64,000 nucleotides of DNA from Selaginella moellendorffii. Lineage: Eukaryota; Plantae; Lycopodiophyta. How positions within the stretch are numbered: position 1 is the stretch's first letter; each line of letters begins with the position of its first letter. Below the pieces are notes generated by a model, which did not search any database, had not been told where the DNA came from, and saw only the letters and a program-made list of their open reading frames with translations. A program made the translations under genes and the position numbers. Below are positions 47,588 through 56,816 of the stretch, piece after piece. The stretch lies in assembly GCF_000143415.4 (NCBI RefSeq), contig NW_003314262.1, positions 4,378,349 to 4,442,348 on the forward strand, given 5' to 3'.

Positions 47588-49114
47588 ATGGATTTGGTTG
47601 TGGCCTTGTTCGTCCTAGGCATCAGCTGGGTCACAATATCACTCCTGGTTGGGAGAATTCAATCGTCGCAACGGCGGCTCCCTCCAGGTCCATTCTCTTT
47701 CCCCATTTTTGGAGCGCTGTTCTCCCTCCAGCAGCCACTCCACCACCACTTCGCAAAAATTAGCAAGAAGTATGGGCCAATTGTCTACCTCAAGATCGGA
47801 ATGGTCCCATATGTGGTGGTGAATAACAACGAAATGGCAGCTCAGGTTCTTAAGGCCCACGACCTCGAGTTTGCAAGCCGGCCGGCAGAGGAGTTCTTCC
47901 GGATTGTCAGCCACAACTGGAACGATCTCATCCTAGCGCCCATCAGTGATAAGTGGAAGAGAATGAGGAAGATTTGCAGCACACACCTGTTTAGCAACAG
48001 TATGCTGAATGCAAGCTCAGGATTTCGGGAGTCAGAGATGAAGAATACAGTCAAGACCATTTTCCAGCAATCGGGGACAACAATCAACCTGCAAGAGGTT
48101 TTCGGTAAACTCTTGTCAAATTCGTTGTGCCTGGTTCTTTTTAGCGAGCTGAGGCCGGAAGTGGTGGATCTCATTCGGAACATAACCTCTCTAAGCTTGC
48201 AATTGAACATTGGAGCCCTGCTTCCAGCACTTGACGGGCTGGATCTCCATGGAGTCTACAAGAAACTCAACAAGGAGCTCATTCCTCGCCTGAAGCTCTT
48301 GCTGGAGGATCAAATCGACAAGCACCGACGAAGGAAAGATCAAGCTGGGGACAGGTTCATTCCTGGAGACTTCACCGACGTTCTTATATCTCTGAATGAC
48401 AAAGATAATTTGTCCAACCTTTCCATCTTGGCACTGCTCTCGGTAAGTTTTATAAACATTTAGATCGTGGTCGTGATCACTTTTTCTTTCTTGCGACAGG
48501 ACATGGTTATTGCGGGGATGCAAACTTCACTAGTGACACTTGAGTGGACAATGGCGGAGCTCATAAACCATCCGTGGGTCATGTCCAAGGCCCAAGACGA
48601 GATCGACAGCGTTGTGGGGAGAGCTCGCGTGGTGCATGAGTCTGATCTTCCAAGCCTTCCATACATCGAAGCCATTGTCAAGGAATCACTGCGTCTCCAC
48701 CCTGCGGCCCCACTGGGAGTTCCTCACATGAATCCCAAGCCTGTCAAGCTGGGAGGCTACACCATCCCTGGCGGCTGCAAGGTTCTCATCAACATATGGG
48801 CCATTGGACGTGATCCCGCTCGCTGGTCCGACCCAGAAGCGTTCCAGCCGGAGCGCTTTGTCGGCTCTTCCATCTCTCCCAACGGGCAGAACTTTGATTT
48901 CCTTCCATTCTCATCGGGGAGGAGAGTTTGTGTTGGCTATCCACTCGCGATGAGATCCATCCCATTTTTCATGGCTAGTTTGCTCCAGGCATTCGATTGG
49001 AGTCCTGCTAACCCGGGCGGGATCGACATGGAAGAGCGCTCGAGAAGTATGACGATGAAGCTCAAAGCGGACTTGCTTGTCAATGCGTCCATGAGGCTTG
49101 AATGTCAAATATAA
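47588..49114 (+). CDS. Cytochrome P450, 71 clan (copy E, intact; I-helix AGMQTS)
   Basis: Exons 47588-48442 and 48500-49114; KESLR, PERF, FSSGRRVCVG. Confidence 0.92.
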
Positions 49115-49184
49115 TACAAAGCTGAGCATTAAAGATCTATTGGTTTTGCCCTAAACCTTTAGAGTTTTATATGGCAAATTAGCG

Positions 49185-50562
49185 TCATGTGAGGCGTTGG
49201 ATGGCGTCAGGTTGTAACACGGCCGTGACGCTCATCCCGCCGTCCATTTCCGCGGAAGGGAAGAGATAGATCTTGCCCTCGTGGAGATCATTGGTCCCAA
49301 AGCTCGACCCCAGCGGCCGCCCAAATCCAAAGTCACACTCCATCACCGGATGCCGCGGGGAGCTCACGACGATGTGGAAGGGATAGATCCGGTATCCAGT
49401 GACGAGCCTTGCGATCTCTCGGTCCATGAATGCCGTGATCTTCTTGGCTCTCTGCTCGTCGCCCGCCGCGATTGCCCGGTGGATCAGCTCGGCGGCGTGG
49501 GAGAGCGGCTCTCGATCGAGCTCCTCGGCGGCGGCGCTCACCAAGAAGTAGATCACGGCGTTGCCGAAGTAGGATTCGGGGACGGATTCCATCTTGCCGC
49601 GGCCGCTGGCGAGGATGATGAAATTCGATGCCGATCCACAGGGCAGAGCTCTCGCAATCGTCATCCTCTTCCAGAAATTCGCGCACACGACCTCGTACGT
49701 GGTGAATCTCTTGCCGTCGCTGGCCGAGATGCCAGCCTCGATCTTGAGGCTCTCGATCGCGGCTCGATCCAGCTTGAAGATCTTGGTGCCAAGCGGTAGC
49801 GGCGGCATGGATTCGGCGCTCTCCAGCGGCAAGAATCCACCGGCGGCTCCAGCCGCGAGTAGCTCATCTCGATCCATGGCTGGAGTTTCTTCCTTGTAGC
49901 TGTAGAATGGACCAGGGATCTCTTTCGGGGAGAGGGAGCCCCGGTCGAGGCCGGATCTCGCGAGCTTGGCCCAGCAGGCAATGAATCTCCAGGCGCTGAT
50001 CCCGTCCATGGCCTGGTGGCTAAACGCGACTCCAATGCTGAGGCCTCCACACTGGAATCTCGTCACCTAGGCACAGCACAGCCAAAAGATCTCGTCCTCT
50101 CTCGGCCTTGCAATCTTTTACCTGGACGAAGAGCAAGGGATCCTCGGGCTTCCAGGGATGGGCCGGCTCTGGGGATCCAATCTCACACAGGGAATCACAG
50201 AACATGGATGGCTCGAAATCCGGAGCGAGATCGCCCAGCCGCAACGATGCCTCCGCGACGCTCAGCTTCACGCCGCGATCGCTCGTGCAATCCAGCTCCA
50301 GCCCTTCGAGCGTCTCGCCGGTGGATCGCATCCCCCCCGCAAGGGGATAGAACACCACCAGCGCCTCGGCCAGGCTCCTCTTGAGGTCGCCCATCACTCG
50401 AGCGAAGAGATCATCCTCCACTCCAGGCGGCGCCGCGAAGAAGAGCACGCGCTTCTGGTATGGCACGTACCTCATGATCCTGTCGAATGCGGTGAGCTCG
50501 AATCTAGCAGGAGGGATCGCCGCCGCGGGCTGGATCATCTCGCTCGAGACGATCGAAACCAT
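49185..50562 (-). CDS. BAHD acyltransferase
   Basis: Exons 50562-50122 and 50066-49185 with the conserved 'Q' intron. FYPLAG, QVTRFQCGG, catalytic HQAMD (HxxxD), YFGNA, DFGFG. Confidence 0.93.
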
Positions 50563-50655
50563 ATGAAAGAACAAAGATTCTCTTTGCGAATATTCTGATT
50601 TTATGCTTTCGAGATTAACCTGTTTAAGGGCAAAAAATGCTTTTTTTTTCCAAAA

Positions 50656-50729
50656 AGTTCTGTAGCTCAATTGGTCAGAGCGTTGGTCTTATGAGCCGAA
50701 GGTCGCGGGTTCGACCCCCGCCAGAACTA
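50656..50729 (+). tRNA. trnI-UAU: tRNA-Ile (anticodon UAU), intronless
   Basis: Acceptor stem AGTTCTG/CAGAACT, D arm GCTC/GAGC, anticodon arm TTGGT-CT TAT GA-GCCGA, T arm GCGGG-TTCGACC-CCCGC. Confidence 0.93.
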
Positions 50730-50851
50730 TTTCCATTCTCTTACAACCGACATGACTAATCAATCAGTGGATGTATTTATTTGTTCATCAATGTATCCCA
50801 TCGTCTAGATTTTTTTGCTACTCTCTATTCTTTCTTTCTTCACGTAGAAGA

Positions 50852-52219
50852 ATGGTTCGTGAGCGCGGGCGCGTCCGCCCTCAATCGATCACGCTCCAGT
50901 TCCACGCCGCCGCTCGATGCCGCGCCGGCCAGCTCGCGATCCAGATCGAGGGAAGCGACATCCAATGCACGATGGACATGCTGTTGAGCTGCAAGCTCTT
51001 GCTGCGGCGATACCATGACGGCGAGCAGCTCCTGGACTTGGATCTCCCGGGGGGAGCCAAGACATTCCACACCATCCAGAGGTACGTCCATGGCGATGCC
51101 ATCACGCTCACGGTCGAGGCCGCCCTCGACCTCTACCTGGCGCTCCAGATCCTCGAGTGCGTCCTCCCGTTGCGCTCCCACTGCCGCGATTTCCTGCGGT
51201 CCACCGTCCTCGTCTCGTGGAAGACGATCGTGCGGGCGCTGCTTCTCATCGACTCACCCAGCGGCCGCTTGGATTGGTTCGTGGCCGAGTGCCGCTGCAA
51301 GCTCGTCGTGTTTCTCGAGAGCCTGGGCGTAGCCGAAATCGAGGACTGCCTTCGCATGAAGTTTATGAATCTCAGCCAGCCCCAGGTCCTGCGAGTGATC
51401 AAGCTCTTGCGGCAGCCAAGCGAGGGAGCTCGCAAGGCTCTCGCTCTCAACGAGAATCTCATGGAAGCTCTGGCCAGGATCTACCACCGCATTGGAACAA
51501 GGCCACGCCCAAACAAGGCGCAGCTCTTGCATCTCCTGGGCGATCTCATGCAGCATCCCCACCCCCGGCTCTACCACAGCCAAGGAGGCGAGGCTGAAAA
51601 CTTCGCGGCCTTCCTCGCGGTGGCTCTCGCTCCACTGCGCGAGGCTCCCAGCGAGCTCCTGGAGAAGTACTCGTTGGTCCTGTCCAGGCTGCGGGCCTGG
51701 GAGATGGCGCGGCTGGATCCACACTGTGTTCTCGCGATGGTGGCGCCGTGGAACGAGCTGGAGAGGTCCACGGCCCAGGCGGGCAGAGTCTTCGCGGCCG
51801 TGGAAAGGTATGTTGGTTATGTCCTCGAGCAGGATGCCAGGGGCCACGGCCGGGACGAGCATTTCAAGAAGGTGGCAAGCTTCGTTGCCTTTGTTGCATC
51901 ATCCAGTGTGGACGACTCTCACAGCAGCTCCGTGAGCGATCGTAAGAAAAAGCCAGCCACGGCCGCGACTCCAAAACCCTGCAAGCGCAAGCTGGACCTT
52001 GGATCATCCAGTGTGGACGACTCTCACAGCAGCTCCGTGAGTGATCGTAAGAAAAAGCCAGTCATGGCCGCCGCGACTCGAAATCCTGGCAAGCGCAAGC
52101 TCGGCCTCGAAGTTATATCGATCAGTAGCGACAGCGGCAACGATTCGGACGGTCACGCCATCTCCAGGTTCAAACCCAGACCTCGTAGAAGTCTCAGAAG
52201 GAAGTCCAAAGCACTTTGA
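50852..52219 (+). CDS. Divergent BTB/POZ (NPH3-like N-terminus) protein with basic, repeated C-terminal tail
   Basis: LPGGAKTFHTIQRYVHG...ALQILE...DFLRSTVLVSW resembles the NRL-family BTB segment (PGGxxxF...FCYG...FL..VVL.SW); long intronless ORF; start site uncertain. Confidence 0.6.
   Translation: MVRERGRVRPQSITLQFHAAARCRAGQLAIQIEGSDIQCTMDMLLSCKLLLRRYHDGEQLLDLDLPGGAKTFHTIQRYVHGDAITLTVEAALDLYLALQILECVLPLRSHCRDFLRSTVLVSWKTIVRALLLIDSPSGRLDWFVAECRCKLVVFLESLGVAEIEDCLRMKFMNLSQPQVLRVIKLLRQPSEGARKALALNENLMEALARIYHRIGTRPRPNKAQLLHLLGDLMQHPHPRLYHSQGGEAENFAAFLAVALAPLREAPSELLEKYSLVLSRLRAWEMARLDPHCVLAMVAPWNELERSTAQAGRVFAAVERYVGYVLEQDARGHGRDEHFKKVASFVAFVASSSVDDSHSSSVSDRKKKPATAATPKPCKRKLDLGSSSVDDSHSSSVSDRKKKPVMAAATRNPGKRKLGLEVISISSDSGNDSDGHAISRFKPRPRRSLRRKSKAL
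51898..52107 (+). repeat. Two ~105-bp tandem coding repeats (SSSVDDSHSSSVSDRKKKP...KRKL)
   Basis: Near-identical units start at 51898 and 52003. Confidence 0.9.
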
Positions 52220-52296
52220 CTGTAGCAGTCCAGTTTTTTTATTTCTATGAAGGTTGTGATCTTTTGACAAGTCAGCTTGAACTCCAGCATGAATCT

Positions 52297-52968
52297 CTAG
52301 TCAATGTTAGTGCCCTCAAACTGTTCTTCGATCTCTCCTCTCATAATCTTTAGCATCTCCTCCGAGATCGCGAAGCTCCTCGTGAGCACCTCGTCCAAGA
52401 CTGGGGGATCGGTTGCGAAGAGGCCGCGATTGACATGCAAGAGCCCCGGACGCTGGCTGTTGAACGAGACGAAGGCAGACGCCGGGTTGCGGCCCACATT
52501 GAGCTGGAAATGCACAAGCCCCCGAGGGAACACAAACAAATCTCCGCAAGTCAGGTACGTAGCATACAATTTGTAGTCCGTGTCCACGAATCCCACGTAC
52601 ATGAGATCGCCCTCGAAGAGGTAGAACGTCTCCGAGGCCCGGGGATGGACGTGCGGGGGATTCATCCCATACTTGGCCGCGTAGTCTGCTCGCGCCGAGG
52701 ACAAGCCCATGGTGTTCACCCCTGGAAACTCCTCCACGCTCGCGCGGGTGATCCACAGTCCCAGCTCGTTGTTGGTGTTGCCGCGATTTGCGAGGCGCGA
52801 GAACTTGAAGTCGCTGGCGGTCGTGTTCTCGCTCGGCTTGCAGGGAAAGCCGTTGACTTGGATCTCCGAGTCTAGATCCGCAACGCAGTGATCCTGGAGT
52901 GGATCTGGATCGGCGGCATTGGCGAGAAGTAGCAGCAAGAGCAGCGATGCGGCGAAAAGAGAGATCAT
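52297..52968 (-). CDS. Germin-like protein (cupin), intronless
   Basis: Signal peptide, DPDPLQDHCVAD, NGFPCK, FPGVNTMGLS, germin boxes PPHVHPRASE and FPRGLVHFQ. Confidence 0.93.
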   Translation of the reverse strand: MISLFAASLLLLLLLANAADPDPLQDHCVADLDSEIQVNGFPCKPSENTTASDFKFSRLANRGNTNNELGLWITRASVEEFPGVNTMGLSSARADYAAKYGMNPPHVHPRASETFYLFEGDLMYVGFVDTDYKLYATYLTCGDLFVFPRGLVHFQLNVGRNPASAFVSFNSQRPGLLHVNRGLFATDPPVLDEVLTRSFAISEEMLKIMRGEIEEQFEGTNID

Positions 52969-53185
52969 CGTCACCACGATTGTGGCGGAAGAAAGATTGC
53001 TCGAGTTCTGTGTGGAAGGCTCTTCTTTTTAAGTACGTCAAAGTAATGATTCCCTTGCAACTAAGATGATCGCGCTTGCTTGTTTCGATGCGGATGATCT
53101 CTGTGGAACGCAAAGAGCATGAAACGAAAGTTGACCATTTGCTTGTGGTTGAAAGTCAAGTCAATTGCTAGGGCGAGCGTAAGCA

Positions 53186-53852
53186 ATGGCAATGGCGACC
53201 ATGGCGCTATCCCCGTCGAGTTTCTGGGCTAGCGGGCGCTTGTCTTCTCGCAAGGCAGTCGTGCTCTCACGCCCAGTTCCAATTCACCGCAAGGTAAGCT
53301 GCTGTGCGTCTCCGGCGTCGTCATTTGAGCCGAGCAAACTGGGACTGGGAGCAAAACTCCCCGGCATTTCATCACAGGTCAGCCCTTTCTCTCGATTCTC
53401 TTGCATCCTTGCTAACATCCTCGCAGCTTGGAGCGCCTCCAGTCCCTCGCCTGGACGACCACCAGGACGTCACCGACGTGAGCTGCGATGCCACCACACT
53501 CAAGCCCTCCAAGAGCGCAAAGAGGACGCGAGCGCTCCAGGGCTGCCCTCAGAAGAGGGGCATTTGCCTGAGGGTGTCGGTGGTGACGCCCAAGAAGCCC
53601 AACTCGGCTCTCCGCAAGATTGCAAAGGTCCAGCTCTCCAACAAGAACGTCGTCAACGCCTACATCCCCGGTGAGGGCCACAATTTGCAAGAGCACTCTT
53701 GCGTGCTGGTTCGTGGTGGCAGGGTCAAGGATTTGCCCGGCGTCAAGTACCACTGCGTGAGAGGGACGCTGGATCTCACCGGGGTCGCCAACCGCAAGCA
53801 GGGAAGATCAAAGTATGGCACGAAGAAACCCAAGGACGCTCCAAAGAAGTGA
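53186..53852 (+). CDS. rps12: Nuclear-encoded organellar (bacterial-type) ribosomal protein S12 with N-terminal targeting peptide
   Basis: Exon 1 from 53186 spliced to 53427-53852; [44 protein letters not shown]. Confidence 0.92.
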
Positions 53853-54798
53853 TACGGAAACTCGGAAATCTGCCGTTGACCCTCGCGACGGTTTTTGTGA
53901 ATTATCCAGAAATGGTCTTGTAACAAATTGAAAGTCCATTTGAAAGTTGGAATTTGACCACAGAATGTGTGAATTTTAAACCCATGCAACCATCCAGTCA
54001 TTGGGAGTCAAAAGCCCATTTTTTTATAACGATCGATCCGAAAGATGAGATCAGATCGCCAAATCCAGCAAAAGGGTCTCCCCGGGATTTTGTTCTTGTC
54101 GTGCAATAGCAAAGCCCAATGCAGTGCGTTATAATCTAAAGCTCACTCGCTCAATCCCTCCATCGCGTTCTCTCTTTGTTTGTTTGCCTCTGTTACACAA
54201 AGAGACGAGCAAACATTCCCACTGTTAAGTGTGTGTGAGTGCCCTTCTCCATTCTCCCGCGGCCAATGGATTTGTTCGTACTGGGGTGGCGATGCGACCG
54301 TCCGTTTGAGCTTATCCGACGGATCTGCGCGTGTTGCATGCCGCCGGCGCGTCAGCTAGACACGTGTCCGCAGAGCTACACGTCAGCCCGGCAGCTGACC
54401 GGCAAGTGCCCGGCGCCAGCCGGTGGCTCGCGCTTTATGGAATCTCCACTTGGGCATTTCCGCGGGGGAATGGGTCCTGCTCATTTCGCCACTGCCTGTG
54501 CGTTGCGTCGATTTAGGGTTTGGATCTTGTGCTCTCGATTCCTCTTCTTGCCGGTGATCGGCAGGGGGATTTCCTGGCATTCTCCACGGATCTTGGGGAG
54601 AATCGCCGCGAGTGAGCAGAGAATCGCAGGGATTGTCGATTCCGTGCTGGTTCTGGAATCTGTTGGATTCCGTGGCAGGCGCCTGGTGAAATTCTCATAG
54701 CGAGGAGCCGATCGCTCGAGATCTCAATCTATGCGCTCGTAAGTGTCTTGCAAGAAATTATCGGGGGGCGTGGGGGGAATCTCTCCTGTTCTTGCAAG

Positions 54799-55341
54799 AT
54801 GTCGGAGATCACATTCCTCTTCCGGAGCCATCCCTTGGTCACTGGATTGCTCCTCCTCGGCCTCAGCCCAGTGTGCGTCCTCATCCTGGTGCTCTTCTCG
54901 CCGCTGCTGGTGATGTTCATGCTCTTCATGCTGGGGATCGCGGGGCTGGCCCGATCGAGGCGTCAGCTGGGGCGTCACAAGAGCCGGCGGAGGCGCTACA
55001 AGCACCGCAGCGCCGGCGATGGATTCTTCTGGGGCGACGATCCGGTAACAAGTGGGAATGAAGGGCTGGAGAGCGAGAAGCAGCAAAGGGTGAACGAGTA
55101 TCTGGAAGACCAGCTCAAGAATCTCGAGGACCTCAGGCCGCTGGAAGCTCCATTTTTGGGAATCGACGACGCCTGGGTGGCTCCTCTCGATCCTTCCTCC
55201 TCTTGGGACGGATTGGACGACGACGACCACGACGGTTTCTTCCCGGACAATTGCGGCGCTCGCAGCGATGTGTCCGACCTGGGGGATGAAAACTCCGGGA
55301 GTCTAGAGGTTTGGCAGCAGCAGAGAATTGGCGGCACATAG
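54799..55341 (+). CDS. Uncharacterised 180-aa membrane-anchored protein (hydrophobic N-terminus, basic patch, acidic tail)
   Basis: Coding-like intronless ORF: ~40-aa hydrophobic stretch, RSRRQLGRHKSRRRR, then a D/E-rich region. Confidence 0.6.
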   Translation: MSEITFLFRSHPLVTGLLLLGLSPVCVLILVLFSPLLVMFMLFMLGIAGLARSRRQLGRHKSRRRRYKHRSAGDGFFWGDDPVTSGNEGLESEKQQRVNEYLEDQLKNLEDLRPLEAPFLGIDDAWVAPLDPSSSWDGLDDDDHDGFFPDNCGARSDVSDLGDENSGSLEVWQQQRIGGT

Positions 55342-55805
55342 CTTTCGGGTTCTCGTGTCGATCGAGCGCGTCGGTGGGATTTTCACTGGATCATGGTTTT
55401 GTGGGTGAGAATTTTGGCAGGACTTCTCTTACACCCCGTCTCCATCCACTTGATTTCTCAGGATCGCCGCGCCTTCAGGATCGTGTGGTGGGGATTGTGT
55501 GGACGGATTGATCAACCGCCGCGCATCGTCAATAAAAAAAAAATTGGGGATATTCCAGCCCTTAATTGTCAAAATCGTCGTGCACAGGCTTGTGTTGTCT
55601 CGTCTTTCTAACGCATCGAAATTTTCTTCGCGTGTACTTGAACCAAACCATATAATCTATATAAAAGATCTCCATCGATCCAACACAAATGTCAATAAGC
55701 TGCTTTCCCAAGGAAAGCAAAACATCGCTACCATAAACGTTTATTACGTGGAAGGAAAGAAAACAATCGCTGATACTGTAGTAAAGCACGCGCAGTTTAC
55801 CAATG

Positions 55806-56816
55806 CTAATTTACCATTGGAGTCAATAAATCGGCACAATTACCACCCATGCCTACCAGCGATTTACTAATGCCCAGCGTTTTCTTCGCGAGATTGAATT
55901 CCAGGACGTGGTCTTGCTGCTGGAACGTTCCAATCGCCGGGGTGGAATCCTCGCCCCCATTGACAATCCCCACGCAAAACAATCCGGGCTCTCGCGTGGG
56001 CACCAAGTAATTCGCCGCCCCAATCTCCCACACGAATCCCCCGGCAAACGCGAGCCTGATCGTCGGCAGGCTCTCCATCGCCGCCGCCGAATCGATCCGG
56101 TAGCAGAGGTCGAGCGCCCCAAATCGAGCGTTGGCGCGGCTCACATTGGATTGGGCGACAAGGCGATCGCGCAGGGCTCTATAGGACGCGTCTGGTAGGG
56201 CAGTGTAGCGGCGATGCGTCCCAAAGAGGGCATCGCGATCAAGCGCTATCCTCACGCCACCCAATTCAATGCTTGCCACCCGAGCACTGTAAAAGCCTGA
56301 CGATGCTCTCAGGCGCGAAAGCCCTAATTTTAAAATTTTAAATCCCCGGCCACTCGCGCCAAATCTATAGCTGGTGGCGCCAAAAAAGAGAGCGCCATAG
56401 CCGGCAGAGGGCAAGCAGTAGGAGAAGGTGAGAGGGAGGCCAGCTGCCCTCGCCAGCTGGGCGTGTAGGGCTGACTCAGCAGGGCCCAGGCCAGCGATTC
56501 GTACGGGGGCGCACGCCACCTGGATCTTGCGTAGGACGACAGGTGGACCAGTGGTGGTGGAGAGCGTGAAGCTTGTGTTTGCCAGCGTGGGCTTGGAGCA
56601 GGGATAGAGAGGGAGCGTAGCGCCGGTGTCGATCGTGAATGGCGTGGGCTTTGGATGATCGCCCTTGCGATGGATGGCGAGAATGGCGAGGAAGCTTTGA
56701 TCGCCGGGCTCGCTCGTCGTTGGGAGGCGAGAGGAGGGCTGAATTGGGGCAACGAGCGCGGCATTGGCGATGATGCCATGAAAGAGCCAGAGAAAGGGGA
56801 GGATCCGGGTGATCAT
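55806..56816 (-). CDS. Secreted aspartic-protease-like / xylanase-inhibitor (TAXI/XEGIP fold) protein, probably non-catalytic
   Basis: Signal peptide, FTIDTGA, GLG, FSYCL, LDLCY, LPTIRLAF, IGTFQQQDHVLEFNL; the second Asp motif is replaced by ALFGT. Confidence 0.8.
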   Translation of the reverse strand: MITRILPFLWLFHGIIANAALVAPIQPSSRLPTTSEPGDQSFLAILAIHRKGDHPKPTPFTIDTGATLPLYPCSKPTLANTSFTLSTTTGPPVVLRKIQVACAPVRIAGLGPAESALHAQLARAAGLPLTFSYCLPSAGYGALFFGATSYRFGASGRGFKILKLGLSRLRASSGFYSARVASIELGGVRIALDRDALFGTHRRYTALPDASYRALRDRLVAQSNVSRANARFGALDLCYRIDSAAAMESLPTIRLAFAGGFVWEIGAANYLVPTREPGLFCVGIVNGGEDSTPAIGTFQQQDHVLEFNLAKKTLGISKSLVGMGGNCADLLTPMVN

